The translations under genes and the position numbers were made by a program. From Betaproteobacteria bacterium (lineage in GTDB: Bacteria > Pseudomonadota > Gammaproteobacteria > Burkholderiales > Burkholderiaceae_F), in the NCBI GenBank assembly GCA_046343415.1, contig JBKDNL010000028.1:8103-72102 (forward strand): a stretch of DNA of 64,000 nucleotides. Direction: 5' to 3'. Shown here piece by piece: positions 43,125 to 51,460 of the stretch. The notes under the pieces are model-generated. The model worked only from the letters and a program-made list of their open reading frames with translations, ran no database searches and was not told the DNA's origin. Positions within the stretch are counted from its first letter, which is position 1. Every line of letters begins with the position of its first letter.

Positions 43125-43496
43125 ATGGCAATGCAGAAAGACATCGAGTTTCCCTCGGGTGTGGTGGCGACTTACCACCGCATCCTGCGGGCCAGCGCCG
43201 ACTTCGTGAGCCGGCCCGGCTACACCATCCTCTACGTCGAGGTGGGGTGCTACCTGAGCAAAGAGGCGCGCGAGGCGGGCAAAGCCCCTGTCACGACCGA
43301 GCAACGCACCATCGCGCTGCAGGGCAACGAGCCCAGCCGCGACACGCTTTACAGCGTCCTGTCCCAGCCGGTGCGCAAGAAGACGATCAACGTGCCGGTC
43401 GGCGCCGACCCCACGACGCCGCAGCCAATCACCGAGGCAGTCGAAGTGGATGACCCGGAAAGCATCACCGGCTTCAACGGCGCGACCCTCTGCTAA
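43125..43496 (+). CDS. hypothetical protein
   Basis: 123 aa with RBS AGGAGAACTGCA. Confidence 0.5.
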   Translation: MAMQKDIEFPSGVVATYHRILRASADFVSRPGYTILYVEVGCYLSKEAREAGKAPVTTEQRTIALQGNEPSRDTLYSVLSQPVRKKTINVPVGADPTTPQPITEAVEVDDPESITGFNGATLC

Positions 43497-43510
43497 GGGG
43501 CTAGCGCTCA

Positions 43511-43522
43511 CTAACGTGTTAG
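43511..43522. promoter_or_regulatory. 12-bp palindrome family, copy 4
   Basis: CTAACGTGTTAG is preceded by GCTAGCGCTCA and followed by CCATAATCCATAATCC. Confidence 0.7.
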
Positions 43523-43557
43523 TGCCATAATCCATAATCCAACCTGAAGGAGCGCAT

Positions 43558-43872
43558 ATGTCTCACGCTGAGAAACTGATGAAAGCCGGCGCCGAGTGCG
43601 TCGGGGGCTTCATGTACCTGAACCGCGTCCATGTCGGCACGTACAAGGACAGCGGCTTCGTACTCACCGAGGCGGGCGTGGAAGCCGCCCTCGCCCTGGC
43701 GGAACCGAAGGCTGAGGCTCCGGCGCCCGCCCCCGCGCCCGCTCCGGCGGAACCGGAGGCTGAGGCCCCGGCGCCCGCCCCGAAAACCAAGACGTCAAAA
43801 GCGGCTGCGGCCCCGGCGCCCGCGCCCGCGCCCGACGAAGACCCGCTGGCTGGGCTCGACTTCGACGTGTAA
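43558..43872 (+). CDS. hypothetical protein with Pro/Ala-rich linker
   Basis: 104 aa with RBS AAGGAGCGCAT. Confidence 0.5.
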   Translation: MSHAEKLMKAGAECVGGFMYLNRVHVGTYKDSGFVLTEAGVEAALALAEPKAEAPAPAPAPAPAEPEAEAPAPAPKTKTSKAAAAPAPAPAPDEDPLAGLDFDV

Positions 43873-44294
43873 TGGGCGCGCTCGTCTACGGCCAAGACGA
43901 ACGAGTGACGGCGTGGGTGGCGGCGCAGTCGGGAGACGCCCCGCCGCCACCCACCGCCGCGGTTGGCTACGAGCGGAATGGCGAGCTTGCCGCCGGCACC
44001 TACTTCGACGGGTGCAGCGACAACAACATCTTCTGCCACATCGCCAGCACCGGCTTGCTGCCCCGCGAGCTGCTGCAGGCGGCGATGGCGTATGCGTACC
44101 GGCAGCTTGAGCTGGAGCGCATGACGTTGATAGTGCACGACGACAACGAGCGGTGCATCAACTTGTGCCTGGGACTCGGGGCAGAGCTGGAAGGCGTGAT
44201 GGCGCGGGCTCGCAAGGGCGGCGACATCCTGTTGTTTGTGCTGTGGAACACGAATCGGTTTTGGAGGCGTCTGTGCGAATCTGGTCGAGCCTAG
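43872..44294 (+). CDS. GNAT-like acetyltransferase fold protein (tentative)
   Basis: 140 aa. The layout ...IFCHIAS...LLQAAMAYAYRQLELERMTLIVHDDNERCINLCLGLGAELEGV resembles short phage GNATs. Confidence 0.4.
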   Translation: MGALVYGQDERVTAWVAAQSGDAPPPPTAAVGYERNGELAAGTYFDGCSDNNIFCHIASTGLLPRELLQAAMAYAYRQLELERMTLIVHDDNERCINLCLGLGAELEGVMARARKGGDILLFVLWNTNRFWRRLCESGRA

Positions 44295-45385
44295 TCATTG
44301 CCGCGCTGGCCCTGTTTGCGCCTGCGCTGGCCCATCGCCGGAGGCCAACCCCGGTCACGTGGCACGCGCGCCGGCAGAAGGCGCCCGCGCCCGACCCCAA
44401 CATCGGCATCGCCCAGCGCGAGCAGACCGAGCTGGCCCGCCGCCAGCAGGAGTTCTTCGAGTCAAACTTTGCGCCGCGCTACATGCAGCAGATGGACGAC
44501 CAGCTCGCGCTTGGGCGCCGTCAGGTCGAGAGCATGGAGGAGCTGCAGGACTTCGAGATGGGCCGGTCGCGCCGCTTCGACGAGCGCTACTGGGACACCC
44601 AGGTGCCGCTTGAAGATCAGTTGATCGACCGGGCTAAGAAATTCAACGAGGCCGGCGAACAAGAGCGCATGGCCGGTCAGGCCGGCGCGGACGTGTCGCA
44701 ATCGTTCGACATCAGCCGCCAGAACACCGGCCGCTCGCTGTCCCGCCGCGGCATTTCAATGTCGTCCGGCGCGGGCCTTGCGGCCGTGATGGACAATTCC
44801 ACCGAGGAGGCGCTGGCGCGTGCCGGCGCGGTGAACATGACGCGCGAAGCGGCCCGGCAGATGGGCTGGACGCGCCTGGGCGAGGCCGCCGCACTGGGCC
44901 GGGGCCTGCCGGGCTTCGGCGCGCAGTCGTCGCAGCTTGCGATGGGGGCGGGCCAGGGCGCTGTCGGCGCAGGCCAGTCCGGCATGGGGGCCATCAGTGC
45001 CGCGCAGGGCGGCTTCCAGAGCAACAACAGCTCGCTGTCGAACATGTGGCAGAACGTCGGCAACCTGGGCGTGCAGCGCACGCGGCTGGGCATCGACGCG
45101 GCCAACTCCAACAACAGCCTGTTCGACGGCATTGCCGGCATGGCCGCTGGCGGCGCGATGCGCTGGGCGCTGTCGGACAAGCGCGCGAAGACAGACATCA
45201 AGAAGGTCGGCAAGCTCGACAACGGGCTGCCGGTGTACACGTACCGCTACAAGGGTGACGGCCGTCCGCAGCTCGGCCTGATGGCCCAGGACGTGAAGAA
45301 GAAAGTGCCGGAGGCCGTGCGCAAGGCCGATGACGGCCTGTACCGCGTGAACTACGCACTTGCTGCCAAAGGAGCCACCAAGTGA
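44273..45385 (+). CDS. virion protein with C-terminal intramolecular chaperone (peptidase S74) domain
   Basis: GTG start after GGAGG and an N-terminal TM helix. The C-terminus SDKRAKTDIKKVGKLDNGLPVYTYRYK...GLMAQDVKKKVPEAV...YRVNY matches the S74 signature. Confidence 0.6.
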   Translation: MRIWSSLVIAALALFAPALAHRRRPTPVTWHARRQKAPAPDPNIGIAQREQTELARRQQEFFESNFAPRYMQQMDDQLALGRRQVESMEELQDFEMGRSRRFDERYWDTQVPLEDQLIDRAKKFNEAGEQERMAGQAGADVSQSFDISRQNTGRSLSRRGISMSSGAGLAAVMDNSTEEALARAGAVNMTREAARQMGWTRLGEAAALGRGLPGFGAQSSQLAMGAGQGAVGAGQSGMGAISAAQGGFQSNNSSLSNMWQNVGNLGVQRTRLGIDAANSNNSLFDGIAGMAAGGAMRWALSDKRAKTDIKKVGKLDNGLPVYTYRYKGDGRPQLGLMAQDVKKKVPEAVRKADDGLYRVNYALAAKGATK

Positions 45386-46653
45386 GCGCATTTCTCCGCG
45401 GAGTCCAGCTCGGCAACTCGATCTATGACGACGTGCAGCGCGAGGAGCTGCTGAAAAAGCAGGAGGCCCGCGCCGCGCAAGACGCGCAGTGGAAGGCCGA
45501 GGATCGCAACCGCGAACAAGGCATCCGCCAGCAGTGGGAGCAGCTTGGTGCCGACCTGCGCGACGGCCAAACGCCCGCGGTGCCGGTGGACGACGACGGC
45601 AACGCACAGCCGCGCGTCGCCGTGTCGCCGGAGCAACTGCACCGCCGGTCGGGCGCGCTGTTCCTCTCGCAGGGCCGCTACGCCGACGCCGTGGGCGCGC
45701 TGGAAAACGAGCGCGCCTCCGGCTTCCGCCGCCAGGACGCTGACCTGGGCGCGACGCTGGCCCAACTCTCGCCGCAGGAAAAGCTGGAGCGCTACGGCCG
45801 CCCGCTGCTCAACGAGAACATGGGCATGCGGGGCGCAATTGGATGGGACGAGAAGACCAAGAAGTACGTCGTCACCGACTTCGACGGCAGTGGGGGCGTG
45901 GACTACCTGACCGACGCCGAGGTCAACGACTACATCATGCAGCAGCACGAGCTGCGCACGGGCCGCACCAGCGAGGGCGCGCAGCGGGGCCTAAAGCGCG
46001 ACGAGCGCGTCCGGGGCCGCGTGCGCCAGGATGTGCAGGATCAAAACGCCGCGGTGGCGGCCGCACACACGATGGACCACCAGAGCGCGATGCTGCAGAA
46101 CGACCGCACCCGCCTGGGCTGGCAGGGGCAGGACCGTCGTCGCCTGGACGCGCAGCTTGAGCTGGGGCGCCGCGCGGCGGGGCTGTACGAAGGCATGGTG
46201 GCCGCGCGCGGCGCCGGCCCGGCGGGCCAGCAGGCCGCTGCGATCTACGGGCAGCAGCTCGCTGGCATCAACGCCCAACTGCAGGCGCTCGGCCTGCCGG
46301 GCGTGGGTGCGCGCGACCGCTCGGCGCAGCCGCTCAACCCGCTACAGCGTGCGCAGGCTGCGAAGGCGTACGCCGATATGGGCTACTCACCCGCCCAGGC
46401 GCAGATGTTGGTCGACACGAACGGCGACATGGGTGCGGTGCTCGACGGGGCGTTTGCGGGTGGCGGGCAGGCTGGCGGCGCTCCGGCGGCGGCCCCGGCG
46501 GCCCCGGCGGCCCCGCGCCGGCCAGCCGCGCCGCCGATGCACCCTGACTACATCGCCTCGCTACGCGAGCGGGCTGCGCGTGGCGACCGCGCTGCCACGG
46601 CAGAACTGCGCGCTCTCGACAAAGACCGCCCCGGCGGACACCTGCAGCGGTAG
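45382..46653 (+). CDS. hypothetical virion protein
   Basis: 423 aa ORF with a start/stop overlap. Confidence 0.55.
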   Translation: MSAFLRGVQLGNSIYDDVQREELLKKQEARAAQDAQWKAEDRNREQGIRQQWEQLGADLRDGQTPAVPVDDDGNAQPRVAVSPEQLHRRSGALFLSQGRYADAVGALENERASGFRRQDADLGATLAQLSPQEKLERYGRPLLNENMGMRGAIGWDEKTKKYVVTDFDGSGGVDYLTDAEVNDYIMQQHELRTGRTSEGAQRGLKRDERVRGRVRQDVQDQNAAVAAAHTMDHQSAMLQNDRTRLGWQGQDRRRLDAQLELGRRAAGLYEGMVAARGAGPAGQQAAAIYGQQLAGINAQLQALGLPGVGARDRSAQPLNPLQRAQAAKAYADMGYSPAQAQMLVDTNGDMGAVLDGAFAGGGQAGGAPAAAPAAPAAPRRPAAPPMHPDYIASLRERAARGDRAATAELRALDKDRPGGHLQR

Positions 46654-46656
46654 CCC

Positions 46657-48903
46657 ATGCTGACCATTCAAGAAATCCGCGCCCGTTACGGCGGCCTGCC
46701 CGATCTGACGGACGAGCAGGTCGTCCAGCGCGCCTACACGGCGCTGCAGCGGTACTACCCGGACTTCCAGAGCTTCGCCAAGGAGGTCGGGTACGACCCG
46801 GAGTGGGACTTCGGTCGGGGCTTGCGCATCGCCGGCCGCAACACGCTGGCCGCAGGTGCCGGCGCAGGCGCGGCGCTGGCGAGCGCGGTCGGCGCGACCG
46901 GCGTGCGGGACAACCTGCTGGACTACGCTGGCACGCAGAGCCAGCGCGCGGTCGAGCTGGGGCGCACGTCCGATGACGTGGACAATTTCTTCAGCGACCC
47001 CGGCTCGTTCCTCGCGGCCGGCGCGGGTCAGGCTGTCGGCTACGCCGCGCCGTCCCTGCTGGCTGGCGGTGTCGGGGGCCTGGGCCTGCGCGGCGCTGCG
47101 GCGCTCGGCACGCGCTCAATGGGCGGGCAGCTCGGTGCCCAGGCCGCGCGGCAGGCGACGATGGCCGGCGCGGCCGGCGGGGCGTACGCCTCGAACTACG
47201 CGCAGGCCACGGGCGGCATCTACAACGAACTGATGGAGCAGGGCATCGACGACCCAGGCCGCGCAGCGGTCTACGGCGCCGGGGTGGCCGCGCTTGACAC
47301 CGCGCCCGAACTGCTGGGCGTCGGCCGGCTTATGAAGGGTGGCGTCGGCGGCCTGCGCGGTGCCGGTCGCGCGGCCCTGGTGCAGGCGGGCGCTGAAGGC
47401 GCCACCGAGGCCGGGCAGACCGCCATCGAGCGGCAGGCGGCGTACAAGCCGCTGCTTGACGACGAGGCGATGAAGGAGTACCGCAACGCGGCCGCGCTGG
47501 GCGCGCTGGGCGGCGGCCTGTTCGGCGGGGCGACCGGCTGGCGCCGCTCACCGCAGATCACCAACGTGGACGCGCCGCAGACCGACCTGCTGCAGGGCGA
47601 GCGCCCGGACTTCGCGCTGACGAACCCGACCCTGCCGACCGACCCCGACATGCAAATGCCGGGGATGGGCGCCGAGGTCATCAGCGCCGACCCGCGCCAG
47701 ATCAACATGTTCGACCCGCAGGGCGAGCCGACGTACTTCGCCGACCCGAGCTTCGGCTTCGGCTATGGCGCGGACGCCGCGGCCAACCCGACGCGCGATC
47801 CGACGTTCGCCCCCGCCGGCACCGGGCTGGGCACGCCGGGCTTCCAGATGGAGGCGTTCGCACCGGGCGGGCAGACCGAACTGTTCAGCTACGACCAGCT
47901 TCCGCCAGGCGGCCCCGAGAGCGTCGCGGCAATGCCTGACGAGGGCGCGGCGCCGATGGCCGATACGGCCACGGGCGACATCTTTGCCGACCGCCCCACG
48001 GCGACGGTGCAGACGGACTTCGGATCGAACAACATCACGCGCGAGCTGCGCGTCGCCAACGAGGGCAAGACCGACTCGTGGCTGGCGAAGTTCTCCAACG
48101 CCCTGTCGGGGGTCATCACCGACCCGGCCAAGACCGCCGAGTTCCTGGAGAACGCGCAGGAGGACAACGTCAACAGCCGCGCGAGCCAAGCGACCACGGC
48201 CCGCCGCGACAAAGTGCTTGCCGCCGCGCGCCAGGTCGCCCAGCGGTTCCAGAGCCGCATGGTCGGCGCCCAGGCGCAGGAAGGCGCGGCGCGCGGCCGA
48301 CCGGGGGTTCGTGTGGGCCAGCAGCCGGCCAGCACCACGGCCGACGACATGCGCGCCCGCAACGAGCGCGACGCGTTCAACGAGCAACTGTCGTCGACCG
48401 ACGAGCGCGTGCTGGCGTCGCGCCGCCGGGGCCTGCTGGACGCCGTGCTGGAAGACGCAACCACGCGCAACCCGCTGGGGCGCTTCACGGCGATGCTCAA
48501 GCGCAACGGACTTGGCGCGACCGCCAGCGCCGAGGAGCAGCAGCGCATCAGCCGCTACATGGACGCCAAGGCGGGCCTGACCGGCCAAGGCCAGGGCCAA
48601 GGCCAGGGCGAGCAGCTTGGCGAGCGCACACTGCCGACCGCCGAGCCAAACGTGCCGGCCACCGAGAAAGCCGGCCGAGGCCCGCCGAAGACGCAAACAG
48701 AGCTCGACTTCGAGGGCAAAGCGACTCCGGCCCCGGCCCCGGCCCCCGCAGAGCCCAGCTACGACGGCGTCGCCGTCGAGCTGACGGTGGATGCGGGCGG
48801 CAAGACACGCAAACTGAAGATCGCGGATGCTGGCAAGAAGCTCCGCGAGCTGCAGACCAAGCGTGACAAGTACCAGCAACTCTTTGTCTGTCTTACACGT
48901 TAG
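46657..48903 (+). CDS. large Gly/Ala-rich virion (internal/ejection-type) protein
   Basis: 748 aa ORF. No catalytic motif was recognised. Confidence 0.55.
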   Translation: MLTIQEIRARYGGLPDLTDEQVVQRAYTALQRYYPDFQSFAKEVGYDPEWDFGRGLRIAGRNTLAAGAGAGAALASAVGATGVRDNLLDYAGTQSQRAVELGRTSDDVDNFFSDPGSFLAAGAGQAVGYAAPSLLAGGVGGLGLRGAAALGTRSMGGQLGAQAARQATMAGAAGGAYASNYAQATGGIYNELMEQGIDDPGRAAVYGAGVAALDTAPELLGVGRLMKGGVGGLRGAGRAALVQAGAEGATEAGQTAIERQAAYKPLLDDEAMKEYRNAAALGALGGGLFGGATGWRRSPQITNVDAPQTDLLQGERPDFALTNPTLPTDPDMQMPGMGAEVISADPRQINMFDPQGEPTYFADPSFGFGYGADAAANPTRDPTFAPAGTGLGTPGFQMEAFAPGGQTELFSYDQLPPGGPESVAAMPDEGAAPMADTATGDIFADRPTATVQTDFGSNNITRELRVANEGKTDSWLAKFSNALSGVITDPAKTAEFLENAQEDNVNSRASQATTARRDKVLAAARQVAQRFQSRMVGAQAQEGAARGRPGVRVGQQPASTTADDMRARNERDAFNEQLSSTDERVLASRRRGLLDAVLEDATTRNPLGRFTAMLKRNGLGATASAEEQQRISRYMDAKAGLTGQGQGQGQGEQLGERTLPTAEPNVPATEKAGRGPPKTQTELDFEGKATPAPAPAPAEPSYDGVAVELTVDAGGKTRKLKIADAGKKLRELQTKRDKYQQLFVCLTR
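48892..48903. promoter_or_regulatory. 12-bp palindrome family, copy 5
   Basis: CTTACACGTTAG is the reverse complement of copy 3. It overlaps the stop at 48903 and lies upstream of the holin. Confidence 0.65.
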
Positions 48904-48912
48904 GATGTAAAC

Positions 48913-49107
48913 ATGAACGACCACACCAAACACGCCGTCGACGCTCTTGCCGTCACGACCACCGTCGCCACCGTGTTTCAGTGGCTCCCCGCCATTGCGG
49001 CGCTGCTGTCGATTGTGTGGACGATCATCCGGCTTTACGAGACAAAAACTGTGCAAGGGATTTTCGAATGGCTCAAGACAAAATTCGCCTCGCTGTTGGG
49101 GCGCTGA
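48913..49107 (+). CDS. holin (inferred)
   Basis: 64 aa with TM segments ALAVTTTVATVF and LPAIAALLSIVWTII and a charged C-terminus. It lies directly upstream of the endolysin. Confidence 0.6.
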   Translation: MNDHTKHAVDALAVTTTVATVFQWLPAIAALLSIVWTIIRLYETKTVQGIFEWLKTKFASLLGR

Positions 49108-49535
49108 CCATCTCGGGCTCACTGCTGGTGAGCTTGGCGTTGCACGAGGGCTACCGGGGACAGGCGTACGTCCCCGTGCCCGGCGACGTGCCAACCATCG
49201 GCTTCGGCACGACCGGCGGCGTCAAGATGGGCGATACGACCACGCCCGAGCGCGCTCTCGTGCGCCTGCTCGCGGACGCGGATCGCTTTGCCCAGGCCGT
49301 GCGCCGCTGCGCGCCCGTGCCGATGTTCCAGCACGAGTTCGACGCCTACGTCAGCCTGACCTACAACATCGGCGAGGGAGCGTTCTGCCGCTCGACCCTG
49401 GCGCGCCGGCTGAACGCAGGCGACTACAAAGGCGCCTGCGATGAAATCCTGCGCATGGACAAGTTCCAAGGCCAGCCACTGCCGGGCCTGACTGCCCGGC
49501 GCCAAAAGGAGCATCGCAAATGCTTGGGCCGGTAG
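49068..49535 (+). CDS. GH24 lysozyme-type endolysin, possibly signal-anchor-release (SAR) type
   Basis: Start at Met30 of ORF 48981..49535. A hydrophobic N-terminus (LAVGALTISGSLLVSLAL) is followed by HEGYRGQAYVPVPGDVPTIGFGTT...YVSLTYNIGEGAF. Confidence 0.8.
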   Translation: MAQDKIRLAVGALTISGSLLVSLALHEGYRGQAYVPVPGDVPTIGFGTTGGVKMGDTTTPERALVRLLADADRFAQAVRRCAPVPMFQHEFDAYVSLTYNIGEGAFCRSTLARRLNAGDYKGACDEILRMDKFQGQPLPGLTARRQKEHRKCLGR

Positions 49536-50023
49536 GACTGCGCAACATCGAGCGCGGGCTGTGGATCGCGCTCATCGGCGTCAGCGGGCTGTTCTGCTTC
49601 AGCCTGTACGCGGAAAACGCGAAGCTCAAGCTCGAAATCGCCGAGCGTGAGAACGACATCATCATGCATATCGCCGAGAGCGAAGCCAAGCTGCGCCAGC
49701 AGGAAGCCGCGGCGGTAAAGCGCGTAAACCAACTGGAGATCGAACATGCCGCGCAATCTCAAGATCGTGACCGCGCTCTGTCTGCTGCTCTTGGCCGGCT
49801 GCGCGACGCAGAAGCCCGTGCCGCCCGTAAGCCCGCCGCGGATGCCCCCGCCACCTGCCGCGATTACGGCGCCAGTCCAGACCAACTTTCTGTGTCTGAC
49901 CGAGAAATTCTTGTACGGCTCGGAGCAGCAGCGGACGAAGTTGCTGGACGACTTGCGCTCTGTCGCGCCTACGTCGATACCTTGCGAGAGCTAGCACACA
50001 CTAACATGTTAGACGTACAATAG
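49520..50023 (+). CDS. i-spanin (Rz-like)
   Basis: 167 aa with an N-terminal TM helix and a coiled-coil periplasmic domain. It follows the endolysin. Confidence 0.7.
   Translation: MLGPVGLRNIERGLWIALIGVSGLFCFSLYAENAKLKLEIAERENDIIMHIAESEAKLRQQEAAAVKRVNQLEIEHAAQSQDRDRALSAALGRLRDAEARAARKPAADAPATCRDYGASPDQLSVSDREILVRLGAAADEVAGRLALCRAYVDTLRELAHTNMLDVQ
49746..49994 (+). CDS. o-spanin (Rz1-like lipoprotein) embedded in the i-spanin gene
   Basis: 82 aa in the +1 frame inside 49520..50023. It has a lipobox LLLAGC and a Pro-rich mature part. Confidence 0.7.
   Translation: MPRNLKIVTALCLLLLAGCATQKPVPPVSPPRMPPPPAAITAPVQTNFLCLTEKFLYGSEQQRTKLLDDLRSVAPTSIPCES
50001..50012. promoter_or_regulatory. 12-bp palindrome family, copy 6
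   Basis: CTAACATGTTAG is preceded by GCTAGCACACA and followed by ACGTACAAT. Confidence 0.7.
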
Positions 50024-50026
50024 GCG

Positions 50027-50497
50027 ATGGCGCTCAAGATCACATCAGACGAGGAGCTGCAGGAACTCGCCCTCGAACTCGGCGCGACCGTCGATTTCGG
50101 CGATGGGCGGGTGTTCAACGCGGCCAGCCGGCAGGGCGCGCGCCGCCGCAAGGCGGCCGAGCCGGCCGCGCCGCCCCCTGCGCCGCCCACAGCCCCGGCG
50201 GTGGACATGGCGCCCGTCCTGAAGGTACTGGAGGGCCAGCAAGAGCTGGTGCGCAGCCTCGCGGCCCTGGCTGAGCGGCCCGCCCCTCCTCCCGCCCCGG
50301 CCCCCGTGGTGGTGAAGGAGACGACGGTGGTCACAGGCTGGACGTTTCAGATCGAGCGCGCCGGCCCGATGGGGCTGGCGAAGCAAATCACCGCAGTGCC
50401 GACGCTGGGCGTGGCCCCGCCGGGCAAGAAGCTGCAGCATGTTTTCGAGATCGAGCGGGACGCCAACGGCGCCATCTCCGCTCTTGTCTGTAAGTAG
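50027..50497 (+). CDS. hypothetical protein
   Basis: 156 aa ORF. Confidence 0.5.
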   Translation: MALKITSDEELQELALELGATVDFGDGRVFNAASRQGARRRKAAEPAAPPPAPPTAPAVDMAPVLKVLEGQQELVRSLAALAERPAPPPAPAPVVVKETTVVTGWTFQIERAGPMGLAKQITAVPTLGVAPPGKKLQHVFEIERDANGAISALVCK

Positions 50498-50505
50498 GAG
50501 AAACA

Positions 50506-50991
50506 ATGCCCATCCTCACAAGCGAAATTGAGGCGCGCTTTTCCGGCGGCGCCGGCAACTCGAACCCCTTGCTGTCCATCGGCGGGGTGAAGTCCAGCGT
50601 CCAAGTCACGGCGGCGCTGTTTGACGACGTGGACAGCGCCGAGTCAGCGGCCGGCGACACGGAGTACCGCTGCGTCTACATCCACAACGCCAACGGCACG
50701 CTGACGCTGCAGAACCCGGTGATCTGGCTGACGGCTGAGTCGCCGAACTACATCGACATCGGCGTCGGGGCGAGCGCGGTCAACGCGACCGAGACGGCCG
50801 TGGCGAACGAAAACACCGCGCCGGCCGGCGTGTCGTTCTCCAGTCCCGGCAATAAGGGCGCGGGCCTCGCGCTGGGCAACATCCCGCCGGGCCAGCACAA
50901 AGCGGTGTGGGTGCGCCGCACGATCCCGGCCGCGGCCGGCGCCGCGGCCGGCTCGTTCTCGTTCCGTGTCGAAGGCGACACGCTGCCGTAA
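50506..50991 (+). CDS. hypothetical virion protein
   Basis: 161 aa with RBS AGGAGAAACA. Confidence 0.5.
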   Translation: MPILTSEIEARFSGGAGNSNPLLSIGGVKSSVQVTAALFDDVDSAESAAGDTEYRCVYIHNANGTLTLQNPVIWLTAESPNYIDIGVGASAVNATETAVANENTAPAGVSFSSPGNKGAGLALGNIPPGQHKAVWVRRTIPAAAGAAAGSFSFRVEGDTLP

Positions 50992-51000
50992 GGACTAGAG

Positions 51001-51459
51001 ATGTCAACTGACGTTGGGCTTGGATACACGGAAGGCTCGGGCCGGCAAGTCGCCGCCCTGCGCGACGCGGGCAACGTCGACCACCAAAAGGCGCTGGTCG
51101 AGTTCGAGGGCGCCGACACCGAGCCGCGCAAAGTCTCGGCTGCGAGCCCGCTGCCCGTGGAGGCGTACGGCGAGGTGGTCGAGGCCATCGAGGCGATGCG
51201 CATGGCGGTGCAAGCGATGACCCGCACTATCGGCCTGATGCAGCCGGACGCTGCCGCGCGCATGCGCGTGGCCGTCGATGCGATCTCATCGGGCCTGACG
51301 CTCGCCACGGTGACCGCAGTGGGCACGGTCACCACGGTCACCACGGTCAACACGGTGACCAACCAGGCGCAGATGGGCGGCCTTTCGACGCAAGACCAAG
51401 TGCCGGCGCTCATGCGCATGGCCGCAAACAGCCTTCGCTCTAACATCCTGGTGACCTGA
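51001..51459 (+). CDS. hypothetical virion protein
   Basis: 152 aa ORF. Confidence 0.5.
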   Translation: MSTDVGLGYTEGSGRQVAALRDAGNVDHQKALVEFEGADTEPRKVSAASPLPVEAYGEVVEAIEAMRMAVQAMTRTIGLMQPDAAARMRVAVDAISSGLTLATVTAVGTVTTVTTVNTVTNQAQMGGLSTQDQVPALMRMAANSLRSNILVT

Positions 51460-51460
51460 C

